DNA of 64,000 bases from Mustelus asterias (taxonomy: Eukaryota): positions 496,001-560,000 of the forward strand of contig NW_027590155.1 of the NCBI RefSeq assembly GCF_964213995.1, given 5' to 3'. Under the pieces are notes generated by a model, which saw nothing but the letters and a program-made list of their open reading frames with translations, searched no databases and had not been told where the DNA came from. Positions 39,191 through 51,849 of the stretch are shown one piece after another; the stretch's first letter is position 1, and each line of letters opens with the position of its first letter. The position numbers and the translations under genes are program-made.

Positions 39191-39816
39191 TTTTTATTTT
39201 TCAAATTGTTTTGAAATATTGTGTGTGTTGTTATAATTCGGGTCGAGAACATTAACGTTCAGTGAGAAATCCAAACACCCATCACAAGATTCCAGGTTTT
39301 TAAACAAAATCAAACTTTACTGAATATAAAAGGAAAATTAAAAACCAGCTCGTAGAATTATATTTTGTAACAATTTATTCTGTAAACTCAGTTCTGACTC
39401 AAAACATGAACTCTATTTTCACTCTCTACAGATGCTGCCAGACCTGCTGAGGTTTTGCAGCATTTTTCAGTTTTTTGTACTTTTTAAACCCTTACTCCTC
39501 GACAAGAGTGCCCTTATATTTAATATCTTGAATGTTCATTCACTTCTGTTCCTGGGACAAATCCCAAAGGTATGTCAAAGCTCCCAGAATTCACTTTAAT
39601 TCGCCTCAGTATTCCAGCTATTCTGCAGGCTCCAAGATTTCATGAGGATCCTTCTATTAGCTTTCGGCTAAACAACTCTCCAACTTTCCTTTGAGATTTC
39701 AAAATTAACTCAAAACATGGACTCCTCAATCCAAGCATGAGCTTCACTGCCTTCTTGCTGAGGGATTTAAACATTGGAAACACCCATGGTTCCTAATGAC
39801 CTCCTCGGCTCCTGTT

Positions 39817-39952
39817 CCCACAGCTGGTTCACAGCTCCCGCAGCTGGTTCACAGCTCCCGGTCCCACAGCTGGTTCACAGCTCCCGGTCCCACAGCTGGT
39901 TCACAGCTCCTGGTCCCACAGCTGGTTCACAGCTCCCGGTCCCACAGCTCCC
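39817..39952 (+). repeat. 26-bp minisatellite (CCCACAGCTGGTTCACAGCTCCCGGT, ~5.5 copies)
   Basis: Read directly; near-perfect units. Confidence 0.95.
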
Positions 39953-41673
39953 AAGCTAACTGCAGACTGCCTGCTTTCTGTGAAAAACACCCAGAATTCC
40001 AACCAAGACCACCCTGAATCACTTAGCCTTATGGTAACAGACCAGTAGGGATGTCCAAAAGATGTTTAAATTAATTAACTTTTAGTTTCAGAGCCAAACC
40101 CTTTTTTCTTGAGGTCTGCGTGAAGAATTCCCCTCTCTAACAAAGACAGGAAAAAAATTGTCAGACCCGATGTCTCCAGCTAAAAGAGCCCAGCTGCCGT
40201 GTTACACTTGTTCTTACCCTTCTAGCTTTGACTTCTCAAACCAACATGGGCCACACCTTGTGACTGCAAATTCTCTCAGGGTGTTTTTATCAGATTCTCA
40301 ACCCAGGTTTTCCAGTTGTTACATTTTTTATAAAAATCCGAAATTAATATTTCTGAAACTCATGACTTATTAAACTAGATCTTCGCAACATATTTCCTGG
40401 AATTAATGAAAATGTATCACTCTATAATATCCCAATTAGAATATTACAATATACAACATGCTGTATATCTTAACAACAGCCATGATCTTATTGAATGGTG
40501 GAGCAGGCTCCAAGGGCCATGTGGCCTCCTCCTGTTCCTAAATCCACTGTTTTCCTGTGTTGATCTATCTTATAACCTGCAATAGACATAATAATCCCTC
40601 CATTGTCCACTTCACATTCACAAGTCCAGCTTGGTAACAGCACACTGCTGGGTTCCATGTCCAGGAATCTCAGTCCACTGAAGATGGAAAATATTATTGG
40701 TTTCAGTGTTTTCTGAAAGTTTTCTTCTTTCAATAATTATAGTAATTTTTAATAATTATAGTTTCTTCTGCAAGAGGACAGAATATTCCAGTTAATTCCA
40801 CATTGAAATGTCTTCTTCTTCTTCTTGCTCTGTTGTAGCTGCAGCTTTATTTTTAGTTTCATTTCCCAGAATCAAACATTCTGGATTCTCTTTTGGAGAG
40901 AGCAAGTTCAGAGCGGCTTCTTTCTGTGCCAACAACTCGTTCCTTCATTGGACAAAATCTTATTTAGCCATTTTCAGAATGTTGTTAAAATGCTTTTCAT
41001 GTTAAGCAAAAAGGTCTGATACTCTTGTTTGGAGCATTTTGGATCTTGGGCTTCAGAAATCGGGGAATTGAGAACAGAAGCAGGGAAGTTATTCTGATAG
41101 TTTCTAAAGCTCTGGTGAGGCCACAACAGAACACTGAGCCCAGTTCTGGTCACCACACTTTAGGAAGGATGTGAGGGTCCTTGAGAGAATCGAGAGGAGA
41201 TTTACCACAATGGTTCCAGAGATGAGGAAGATGATGCGAATGTGGAACTTGCTACCAGTGAGTGGTTGAGGTGAACAGCATGAATACATTGAAGGGGAAG
41301 CTAGATACGTACATGAGGGAGAAAGGAATAGAAGGAAATGCTGATGGGGGGAGATGAAGAGGGGTAGGTGGAGGCTCATGTGGAGCATAAATACTGACAC
41401 AGACCAATTGGGCCGACTGGCCTGGCCCTGTGCTCTAGACTCACTGGAACAGAGACAAATGTATTTATTTTAGATTTACCTCGTGTTTGTGGATCATCTC
41501 AGTAAAATGTGCACTCCCAAATTCAAAGAGCATCGACCCACTGGCAGCAAAGCCATGAGGTTGGTCAGTCCAGCAGAAAGAAACCCTCTCACTTCAGCAA
41601 CTGTCAGAATGAACATGGTTTAGTCCTGGATGTGATCAACAGCAGCAAGAACAGCAGAATCCAACTCCTGTCA

Positions 41674-42567
41674 TCACTTGTGAATTCGCTGGTGTCTTAG
41701 CAGGTGAGACGACCGTTTAAATCTATTCCCACAGTAAGAGCAGCTGAACGGTCTCTCCCCAGTGTGAACTCGCTGGTGTGTGAGCAGATTGGAGATCTGA
41801 GTGAATTCCTTCCCGCACACAGAGCAGGTGAATGGCCTCTCCCCAGTGTGAACTCGCTGGTGTGCCAACAGGGTGGATGAATGACTGAAACCCTTCCCGC
41901 ACACAGGGCAGGTGAAGGGTGTCTCCCCAGTGTGAACTCGCTGGTGTATTAGCAGTTGGGATGATGTTCTAAATCTCTTCACGCAGTAAGAGCAGCTGAA
42001 CGGTCTGTCCTCAGTGTGAATGCGCTGGTGGCCCATCAGGGTCTGAGAGCTTTTGAAGCTACGCCCACAGTCTGAGCATTTAAACGGTCTCTCATTCGTG
42101 TGAGTGACACGGTGTGTCTGCAGGGTGGATGAATGACTGAATCCCTTCCCACACACACAGCAGGTGAACGGCCTCTCCCCAGAGTGAACTCGCTGGTGCC
42201 TCCACAGGGTGGAACGATCACTGAATCCTTTCCCACAGTCTGAGCAGGCGAAAGGTCCCTCCCCGGTGAGAACTCGCTGGTGCGTCAGCAGGCTGGATAA
42301 CTGAGTGAATTCTTTCTCACACACAGAGCAGGTGAACGGCCTCTCCCCAGAGTGAACTCGCTGGTGTCTCAGCAGGGTGGTTGATATACTGAATCCCTTC
42401 CTACACACGGAGCAGGTGAACGGCCTCTCCCCAGTATGAATTCGCCAGTGTGTCCAGTGCAGATGGACACTGGAATCCCTTCCCACAGACCCCACACTTC
42501 CATGGTCTCTCCATGGTGCCAGTGTCCTTTCGATAATCAGTTGATTCCACATCCAAGTACAGAACAC
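41674..42567 (-). CDS. C2H2 zinc-finger gene ZNF-B (9 in-frame fingers; first MERPWKC finger frameshifted, possible pseudogene)
   Basis: ORF track 297 aa. The upstream finger is out of frame at ~42445. No KRAB, BTB or SCAN domain seen. Confidence 0.75.
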   Translation of the reverse strand: MFCTWMWNQLIIERTLAPWRDHGSVGSVGRDSSVHLHWTHWRIHTGERPFTCSVCRKGFSISTTLLRHQRVHSGERPFTCSVCEKEFTQLSSLLTHQRVLTGEGPFACSDCGKGFSDRSTLWRHQRVHSGERPFTCCVCGKGFSHSSTLQTHRVTHTNERPFKCSDCGRSFKSSQTLMGHQRIHTEDRPFSCSYCVKRFRTSSQLLIHQRVHTGETPFTCPVCGKGFSHSSTLLAHQRVHTGERPFTCSVCGKEFTQISNLLTHQRVHTGERPFSCSYCGNRFKRSSHLLRHQRIHK

Positions 42568-43339
42568 ATGTACAGTTTCTCCTCGCTGTGAATGGGGTGA
42601 TGTTTTTCAGGCTGTGTTACTGGTTGAAGCTCTTTCCACAGTCAGTTCACTGGAACACTCTCACTCAGGTGTGTGGGGTCTCCATTCTTGTCCAGTCACA
42701 CTGATGTTTGAAATCTTTTCCCACAGACAGAACAAACAAACATTTCTTCTCATACATTCAAACGGCAATTATATTCAGGTCCTGATGAATCCAGTGACTT
42801 TGTAACATCTTGTTGTGACGTCTGGTGTGAGATTTCAGTCTGTAAATTCTCTCCTTCTAATATCCTGTTAATAGAAGTTATCAGTGTAAGTATAGGACTG
42901 AAATTCAAAACAGACAATTCTAGTTTCCATGGAATATTCTTTGCTTTCTCATTCCCTAAAGTTGTAAATCTCCATCCCACACACTCTCCCCCCATTGTCA
43001 TACTGCTGTACCTAATACACACCCTCCCAATTCTCCTGAAGGTGCTGATTCAGGCTGATTGACAGACCCATGCTCCTGTCCAGTACAAAGAGACCTGAAA
43101 ATCTTCATGCAGGCTGCTAGCCAATGTCCACATTACTATTATTTGATCAGCAATGGAAAGGAGATGTGAGGAACAATTTTATTCACAAGTGGTCACGACC
43201 TGACCTCACTGCTTCTGTGCATGGTGGAATCAGAAATAATCAATGATTTGAAAAATAAATCAGATAGGTGTGAAGGAATTAAAAAGGGAACAGAGTTATG
43301 GAGGGGAAATGGGACTGAGTGGATTGATGTACAGAGAGT

Positions 43340-44610
43340 CAGCATGGACTTCTTCCAACTATCACTGGAATATATACAAAATTTCAGGCAATGTAGTGGA
43401 AGACATGCCCTGTCTACATCAACGGTGACAAAGTGGAAATGGTTGAGAGCTTCAAGTTTCTAGGTGTTCAGATCACAACAACCTGTCCTGGTCCCTCGAA
43501 ACTGCTGCTTTAGTTAAGAAAGCCCAACAACACCTCGACTTTCTCAGGAGGCTAAGGAAATTCGACATGTCGACACGTCAGCTACGACTCTCACCAATCT
43601 TTACAGGGACACCACAGAAAGCATCCCATCCAGTTGAATCACAGCTTGGTATTGCTGCTGCTCTGACCAAGAGCGCAAGAAACTACAAGGGGTGTGAATG
43701 TGGCCCAGTCCATCACGCAAATCAGCCTCTTATCCATTGACACTGTCTACATTTCCTATTGCCTCAGAAAAGCAGCCAGCATAATCAAGGACCCCACGTA
43801 TCCTGGACATTCTCTTTTCTATCTTCTTCCATCGGGAAAAAGAGACAAAAGTCTGAGGTCACAAACCAACCGACTCAAGAACAGCTTCTTCCCTGCTGCT
43901 GCCATCGGACTTTGACAAACAAACAACAAAGAAAATTACAGCACAGAAACAGGCCCTTCGACCTTTCAAGCCTGCACCGACCATGCTGCCCGACTGAACT
44001 AAAACCCCCTACCCTTCCGGGGACCATATCCCTCCATTCCCATCCTATTCATGTATTTGTCAAGATGCCCCTTAAAAGTCACTATCGTATCTGCTTCCAC
44101 TATCTCCCCCGGCAGCAAGTTCCAGGCACCCACCGCCCTCTGTGTAAAAAACTTGCCTCTCCTTTAAACCTTGCCCCTCACACCTTAAACCTGTGCCCCC
44201 CCAGTAATTGACTCTTCCATCCTGGGAAAAAGCTTCTGACTATCCACTCTGTCCATGCCCCTCATAATCTTGTAACCTTCTGTCAGGTCTCCCCTCAACC
44301 TCCGTCGTTCCAGTGAGAACAAACCAAGTTTCTCCAACCTCTCCTCATAACTAATGCCCTCCATACCAGGCAACATCCTGGTAAATCTTTTCTGTACCCT
44401 CTCCAAAGCCTCCTCCTTTTGAATGGACCGACCTCATATTAAGCTGATCTTTCTCTTCACCATTTCTGTAACTGTAACACTATATTCTGCACTCTCTCCT
44501 TTCCTACTCCCCTATGTACTCTATGAACAGTATGCTTTGTCTGTATACCGCGCAAGAAACAATACTTTTCACTGCATCCCAATACATGTGACAATAAATC
44601 AAATCAAACC
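43340..44610 (+). mobile_element. Rex1/Babar-like LINE 3' fragment interrupted by a CR1 3' fragment (-) at ~43915-44410
   Basis: KAQQ..FLRRLRKF...AQSIT...RLKNSFFP and (aaatc)n tail; inner ORF ERVQKRFTRMLPGMEG. Confidence 0.8.
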
Positions 44611-44639
44611 CATTGCTGCATTTCCTTCCTGAAGCCACA

Positions 44640-45270
44640 TTTGTCCACTGGGGCCTGGCCCCGGGAGAAAGCGCTGCAGCTGCCGTTGTGTTGGGTGTTG
44701 AGGCGGTGCCGCTAGTTCCTTATTGGGGGTGTTGAAGCCTCCACTGGGTGTGTGGAGCCTCCCCTCCCACCCACTGCCCCTAACGCTGCCTCCGCTTATC
44801 CGCCTCCTTCCCGCCTGAAGATCAGACAAACAAGCACCTGTCCCTGGACATGAGCCGCACTGCGCATGCTCCCCGTCACAATGCCCGGGGACTGATTGAC
44901 GGCAGCTCCAGACCAATAGGAAAAGGGGGCGGGGCTGGAGGACCGAGTGGGAGCGGCTGGTCCTCCAACCAGCGTGAATAGGGGAGGGCTCTGAAGCATG
45001 CGCAGTGCGGGTAATGGCGGCGGACGGACGGTTTTAACTCGAATCCGAGATCAGTTCAAGGTAAAGGGCGGCGCGCGGAGAGCGATGAATGTGGCGGGTG
45101 GGTGGAGAAGTTTCGTAAACATGTTGTTCAAACTCAAACCCCGATAAATAACTTTCCGGGCGCCCTGTTGGTGCCATATTGGAGGCGCAACTTGTCGTGT
45201 TGGGCCTGGGCTGATGGCCGTCAATCTGTCGTTAGCAATGTCTATCAGTGCGCATGTGCGGCCGGCATCT
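44640..45270. promoter_or_regulatory. CpG-rich, probably bidirectional promoter between ZNF-B (-) and ZNF-C (+)
   Basis: NRF1-like TGCGCATGC (44861; reverse at 44996), CCAAT (44913), GC box GGGGCGGGGC (44926), YY1-like AATGGCGGC (45013), donor AAG|gtaaag (45061). Confidence 0.7.
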
Positions 45271-45467
45271 TTGTGAGGGGCAATGTGCAGCAGGTGCAGG
45301 TGCGATCGCCATGTTTGTAGGGGGCGCAGGAGTGTCTACCTTTGTGATGTATGGGACCTGAACCCCCTGCAGTCCATGTGGTGTAGGTACATCCACCCTG
45401 CTGGTAGGGAGGAAATCCCAGCATTTTGACCCAGCGACTGCGAAGGAACGGCGATATATTTCCAAGA

Positions 45468-45775
45468 TGTGGAGATGCCAGTGTTGGATTGGGGTAAACA
45501 CAGTAAGAAGTCTCACAACACCAGGTTAAAGTCCAACAGGTTTATTTGGTAGCACAAGCCACTAGGTTTCGGAGCACTGCTCCTTCATCACGTAAGTGGG
45601 AGTTCTGTTCACAAACAGGGCATATAAAGACACAAACTCAATTTACAAAATAATGGTTGGAATGCGAGTCTTTACAGGTAATCAAGTCTTTAAAGGTACA
45701 GATAATGTGAGTGGAGAAAGGGTTAAGCACAGGTTAAAGAAATGTGTATTGTCTCCAGCCAGGACAGTTAGCATA
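45468..45775 (-). mobile_element. Penelope-derived element with a mutated hammerhead motif
   Basis: Minus strand GTGATGAAGGAGCAGTGCTCCGAAAC at ~45566-45591; same family as 30730. Confidence 0.65.
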
Positions 45776-45944
45776 CAGTTAGGACAAAGCATACCTTTCA
45801 TGGAGTACATGGGGAGAAGGAAAGGATAGGGTGCGGGTACAGGTAGGGTGAAGAGAAAGATCAGCTTAATATATGATAGGACCATTCAAACATGACAGTC
45901 GGAAGAAGTTGTTCTTGAGTCATTTGGTACATGTTTTCAGACCA

Positions 45945-46720
45945 TAGAATATTAAAGCACCGAAACAGGCCTTTTGGCCCTTCTTGGCTGTCCTGAACCA
46001 TTTTTTTGCCTCGTCCCACTGACCTGCACTTGGACCATATCCCTCCACACCCCTCTCATCCATGAACCCGTCCAAGTTTTTCTTAAATGTTAAAAGCATT
46101 CACCACTTTATCCGGCAGCTCATTCCAGACTCCCATCACTCTCTGCGTGAAGAAGCCCCCCCCTAATATTCCCTTTAAACTTTTCTCCTTTCACCCTTAA
46201 CCCATGCCCTCTGGTTTTTTTCTCCCCTGGCCTCACTGGAAAAAGCCTGCTTGCATTCACTCTATCTATACCCATCAAAATCTTATACACCTCTATCAAA
46301 TCTCCTCTCATTCTTCTATGCTCCAGGGAATAAAGTCCTAACCTATTCAACTTTTCTCTGTAACTCAGTTTCTCAAGTCCCGGCAACATCCTTGTAAACC
46401 TTCTCTGCACTCTTTCAACTTTATTAATATCCTTCCTGTAATTAGGTGACCAAAACTGCACACAATACTCTAAATTCGGCCTCACCAATGTCTTATACAA
46501 CCTCACCATAACACTCCAACTCTCATACTCGATACTTTGATTTATAAAGGCCAATGTACCAAAAGCACTCTTTATGACCCTATCTACCTGTGACGCCACT
46601 TTTAGGAAATTATGTATCTGTATTCCCAGATCCCTCTGTTCTACTGCACTCTTCAGTGCCGACCATTTACCTTGTATGTTCTACCTTGGTTTGTTCTTCC
46701 AAAGTGCAATACCTCACACT
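45945..46720 (-). mobile_element. CR1 LINE 3' fragment
   Basis: ORF 46120-46599 RPNLEYCVQFWSPNY...RGDLIEVYKIL. Confidence 0.92.
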
Positions 46721-46974
46721 TGGTCTGGCCAACATGTGACTCCAAAGCCACAACAATGTGGTTGACTCTCAACTGCCCTCCAATGGCAACGAGGGATGGG
46801 TAATAAATGCTGGCCAGCCAGCAACCCATGTCCCATAAATGAATAAAAAGAATTCAATTGAACAGCTTGGTGGGCTGAATTTCTAACTATTTCTTACGAT
46901 CTGTCAGGAACATGAAATGGTGAGTGTCGATCAGCATTAATTAGCACCTTCAGGAGAATTGGGTAGTGTATATT

Positions 46975-47240
46975 AAAGTTTAAAGTTTATTTAATAGTCA
47001 CAAGTAAGGCTTATATTAACACTGCAATGAAGTTAGTGTGAAATTCCCCTAGTTGTCACACTCCGGCACCTGTTCGGGTCGATGCACCAAACCAGCACGT
47101 CTTTCAGAATGAGGGAGGAAACTCATGCAGACACGGGGAGAACGTGCAAACTCCACACAGACAGTGACCCAAGCCGGAAATCGAACCCGGGTCCCTGGCA
47201 CTGTGAGGCAGCAGTGCTAACCACTGTGCCACCGTGCCGC
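46975..47240 (-). mobile_element. HE1-like V-SINE
   Basis: Reverse complement of gcggcacggtggcacagtggttagcactgctgcctcacagtgccagggacccgggttcgat. Confidence 0.85.
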
Positions 47241-47492
47241 AGAATGCTAAATGGAATGAGAGAGAGAGAGTGTATGTGTGAGGGGCGTGGGTGGAGATTT
47301 AAAGAATGTTCCATAGAAACTACAATTGTCTGTTTTGAATTTCTATCATGTGCTGACAGTGATGATTTCTGTAAACTGCTTTCAGTGTATATTGGAAGGA
47401 GAGGTTTTGACTGGAAAAGCACTGAGATTCTCACACCCGTATCAGAGTGTTCCAGTGCACTGATTGTGGAGAGACACAAGGACTCAGACACC

Positions 47493-47723
47493 ATGGAGAA
47501 ACCATGGAAATGTGGAGACTGTGGGGAGGGATTCAGAGCCCCATCTGAGGTGGAATCTCATCGACGCAGTCACACCGGGGAGAGACCGTTCATACGCTCC
47601 ACTTGTGGGAAGGGAACCAATCATTCATCGAATCTGCTGAGACACCAGCGAATTCACACTGAGGAGAGGCTAGTCACCTGCTCACAGTGTGGGAAGGGAG
47701 TCAGAGATTCATCCACCCTGCAG
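47493..47723 (+). pseudogene. Truncated, degenerate ZNF-C (~3 fingers)
   Basis: [33 protein letters not shown]..., ending abruptly in a G-rich tract. Confidence 0.8.
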
Positions 47724-47875
47724 GTGGGGAGAAAGAGCGGGGGGGGGGGGGGAAGAGCAGGGGGGGGAAGAGTGGGGGCGGGGGGGGGGGGAAGAGCAGG
47801 GGGGGAAGAGTGGGGGCGGGGGGGGTGGGAAAGAGCAGGGGGGGCGAAGAGAAAGAGAGAAAGATTGAGAGAGAA
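47724..47875 (+). repeat. Poly-G / GA-rich tract (potential G-quadruplex)
   Basis: Repeated gaagagcagggggggg and gtggggcggggggg units. Confidence 0.85.
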
Positions 47876-47893
47876 AGAATCCAACCCCTGCAA

Positions 47894-48567
47894 TCACTTG
47901 TGAACTTGTTGGTGTCTCTGCAGGTTGGATGACCGATTGAATCCCTTCCCACACACAGAGCAGGTGAACCGTCTCTCCCCGGTGTGAACCCGCTGGTGTC
48001 TCCACCATGTGGATGACCTCCTAAACCTCTTTGAGCAGTGAGAGCAGCTAAACGGTCTCTCGTCAGTGTGAATGGGTTGGTGGACCATCAGTTCCCGAGA
48101 GCTTTTGAAGCCACTCCCACAGTCAGAGCATTTAAAGGGTCTGTCTTGGGTGTGAGTGACCTTGTGGCTCAACAGGTTGGGCAACTGAGTGAATCCCTTC
48201 CCACACACAGAGCAGGTGTACGGTCTCTCTCCGTGTGAACCCATTGGTGTGTCAACAGATTGTTCAACCGAGTGAACTCTTTCCCACACACAGAGCAGGT
48301 GAACGGCCTCTCCCCGGTGTGAATGCGCTGGTGGGTCAGCAGATTGTTTAACCGAGAGAATCCTTTCCCACACACAGAGCAGGTGAACGGTCTCTCCCCA
48401 GTGTGAACTCCCCGGTGTGTTTGTAAATGGGATGACTGAGTGAATCCCTTCCCACACACACAGCAGGTGAATGGTCTCTCTCCAGTGTGACTGCGCCGAT
48501 GAGTTTCCAGTGCAGATGGGAACCTGAATCCTTTCCCACAGTCCCCACATTTACACAATTTCTCCAT
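47894..48567 (-). pseudogene. C2H2 zinc-finger gene ZNF-D (8 fingers, one frameshift near 48230)
   Basis: Overlapping ORFs 48169-48603 and 47894-48550 each carry 4 fingers and switch frame at an HT(G)ER linker. This could be a sequencing error. Confidence 0.8.
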
Positions 48568-49339
48568 GGTGCAGGTGTCCTTGCGACTCTCCAGGCTTGA
48601 CAATCAGTTCAGTTACAACATAACATGGGTGCGGTCTCTCTGCTGCAATGTATTTTCAGGCTGTTTAACTGGTTAAAGTTCTTTCCACAGTCACTCAGGT
48701 GTGTGCATGTTTCAGTGTGTGTGTGTCTCGGTGCTTTTCCAGTCACACTGTTTAAAATCTCCTGAAGCAGACAGAGCAGAGAAACATTTCCATTCTAGAT
48801 TCAAAGGTCGATGATATTCAGGTCCCAATGAACTGAGTGACTATGTTAGATTTTGATGTGAAGTTTGGTTTCATATTCGACTTTAAATTTTCTGATATCC
48901 TGCAAAAGGAATTTACAAAAGTCATCAGTGTCAGTACAGGATAGAAATTCAGAACAGACAATTCTAATTTCTATGGAACATTCTTTTCTCTCTCATTCCT
49001 CAAAGCTGTAAATCTCCATCCCACACACTCTCCCTCCATTCTCACTCTGCTGTATCTAATATTCACCATCCCAATTCTCCTGAAGGTGCTGATTCAGGCT
49101 GATTGACAGATCCATGCTCACTGCTTCCTGTCCTGGACACAGAGAGAGCTGGAAATTTCCATGCAGGCTGCCAGACAGATGAATGTCTACATTACTGGAG
49201 TAAAAATGTGTGGAATATACAGACCGAATTCACTTCATTCCCTTCAGTTGCTGCAAGTCCCCAATTTCCCCCAGAATGAGGAAAGAAATGGAAAGGGGGA
49301 AACATTGATTTCCTCCCAGATGTTGCCCAGAGGAGGAAG

Positions 49340-49830
49340 TTTCACTCTGAAGCTCATTGGACAACTTCTGCATTGTGACGTCACGATAGAGCCCTGCCTG
49401 AATCAGCCAATAGGAATCTCTCTGCTCCGGGTGACATCTCCGGGTTGCAGTGCGCAGGCCCGGGCGCGCGGACCCGGGAGCCCCGCCCCCACCCATTGTT
49501 CCCCTCCCCCTACACCTCTTCCAGCCACGGTTTCCAGACAACTGGCTGCCGGCTCCGGCCAGAGCGAGAAGCCGCTCGGTGATCGCACCCCCCCCCCCCC
49601 CCCGGCCACCTCCGGCCCGGGACTGCAAATGTGCGAGGGAGAGGGGAAGCTGCACATGTGCGGGGGAGAACCCACCATCTGATCTTCATGCTGAGGTGTT
49701 GACCAATGGGAAGAGTTGAAGGACTGGGAGGACTCTGGTCTTCCAGCCAATCAGAGCGTGGGCTTTGTGTGAATGAAGATTGATCTTCAGACAGACTCAA
49801 ACCTCCTCCTGTCTCAAACATCTGTGAGTA
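49340..49830. promoter_or_regulatory. CpG-rich bidirectional promoter between ZNF-D (-) and ZNF-E (+)
   Basis: CRE TGACGTCA (49376-49383), several CCAAT boxes, GC boxes, donor tct|gtgagt at 49824. Confidence 0.7.
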
Positions 49831-49959
49831 AAACACTTTCTTTTCTCCCCCTTTCCATTTCTTTTCTCATTCTGGGGGAAATTGGGGACTTGCAGCAACT
49901 GAAGGCAAAGGAAGTGAATCCAGGGAGCGTGCAGACTCTGGAAAGGTTGGCCCAGGTTT

Positions 49960-51175
49960 CTCTCTCTCTTCAACCAGAAAATGATCCATTTCTGCCCACT
50001 GTTTGCTGTTAGCCAATCTTCTATCCACGCCAATATGTCATCCCCGCAGCATGAATTTTTATTTGCTGCAATAACCTTTGATGTGGCACCTCATCAAATG
50101 TCTTCTGGAAATCTAAGTCCAGCGCATCCACCGGTTTCCCTTTATCCAATTCCCGATGGGGAATTATAGAAAATTGAACAACACATCAACTATCTCACTC
50201 TGTCAAGACCCGAGAATGAAGCCCAGCAGGACCCGAGGACTCATCAGCCCACAGCTCCAACAGTTTGCTGAGGACCACTTCCCTGGGAATTGTGCTTTTT
50301 CAGAGTTCATCCCACACTTCTGTTTTCTGATTTCCAGCTGTTTCTGAGTTTTAACTGTATCCTCTATTGTGAACACCGAGGCAAAATACTTGTTCAATTC
50401 ATCTCCCAGCTCCTTATTTTTCATTATCAATTCCTGGACTCACTTTCTATTAGACAGTTAAGAAATGAGGTGGAGCAAGTGACTGAAGTGTCAGTCAGGG
50501 AGCACTATTGGGAGCACCAATAGTTTCAAAATAGTTCTGGAAAAAGATAGGACAGGTCCACAGGTCAAGGCCCTAAACTGGAGCAGGGCCACTTTTGTGG
50601 GCATTAGGCAGGATCTAGCAGATGTCGATTACGTGAGTTTGTTTGAAGGGAAAGGAATGACTGGCAAATGGGAGGTTTTAAAAGTGTGATATCAAGAGTC
50701 CAGGGGCAGTATATTCCTGTTGGAGTGAAGGGAAAGAATGGTAATTTTAAGGATCTCTGGCAGACAAGGGACATTGAGGCTCTGGTCAGGTAAAAGAAGG
50801 AAGCATACATTGGGTTTAGGCAATTGGGGACAAGTGAATCACTCTGACTATAAAAAGTGTAAGAAAATACTGAAGAGGGAAATCAGGAGGACAAAAAGAG
50901 GGTATGATATGGATCTGGCAGGTAAGATTAAAGAAAATTCCAAGAGGTTCTATCACTATATTAAGAGTAAAAGGGTGGCCAGAGAGAGAATAGATCCCCT
51001 TAAAAATCAGTATGGCCATCTGTGTGTGGAGCCACAGGAGATGGATAAGATTTTTAATGAATACTTCTCCTCTGTGTTTACTGCGGAGAGCACCATGGGT
51101 GCGAAAGAAATAAGGGAAACAAGTGGTGATGTCTTGGGCACACGCATGTTACTTGGGAGGAGGTATCTGCAGCCT
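49960..51175. mobile_element. CR1 fragments in opposite orientations (- ~49960-50450; + ~50480-51175)
   Basis: MAWIEDWL and ELNKYFASVFT on -; AGKIKENSKRFYHYIKSKR...NEYFSSVFT on +. Confidence 0.85.
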
Positions 51176-51849
51176 TATAAAAGCAAATTACTGCGGATGC
51201 TGGAATCTGAAACCAAGAGAGAAAATGCTGGAAAATCTCAGCAGGTCTGGCAGCATCTGTAAGGAGAGAAAAGAGCTGATGTTTCTTGTCTGGAGACCCT
51301 TTGTCAAAGCTCTGAAACATCAGTTCTTTTCTCTCCATACAGATGCTGCCAAACCTGCTGAGAATGGGGAGAGAGTGTGTGGGATGGAGATTGACAGCTT
51401 TTGGGGAATGAGAGAGGAAAGAATGTTCCACGGAAATTGTCTGTTCTGAATTTCTATCCTGTACTGACACTGATGACTTTTGGAAACTTATTTTCCAGGA
51501 TATTGAAAGAGGAATCACAGGACGAAATCGCAAACGCCACGTCTAGATCTGACAGAGTGATATTCCTTGGGACCTCAATATCATCGGACTTTGAATCCAG
51601 AAGGAGAAATGATTGTCCAGTCTGTCGATTTGAAAAGATTTGAAATGTCAGTGTGAGTGAAAAAGCATCAACACTCTGCCACACTCGAGTGAGAGTGTTC
51701 CAATGCACTGACTAAAGAGCTTTAATCAGTTACACAGTCTGAATAAGTATCACACCATTCACAGCGGGGAGAGACTGTAATCCTGTTCTGTGTGTGGACG
51801 AAGTTTCAACTAATTGTCCACCCAAGAGAGAGGTAAGGACACCTGCACC

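Noticed and set aside
39817-39952. CRISPR-like array
   Set aside because: Head-to-tail repeats with no unique spacers, in vertebrate DNA.
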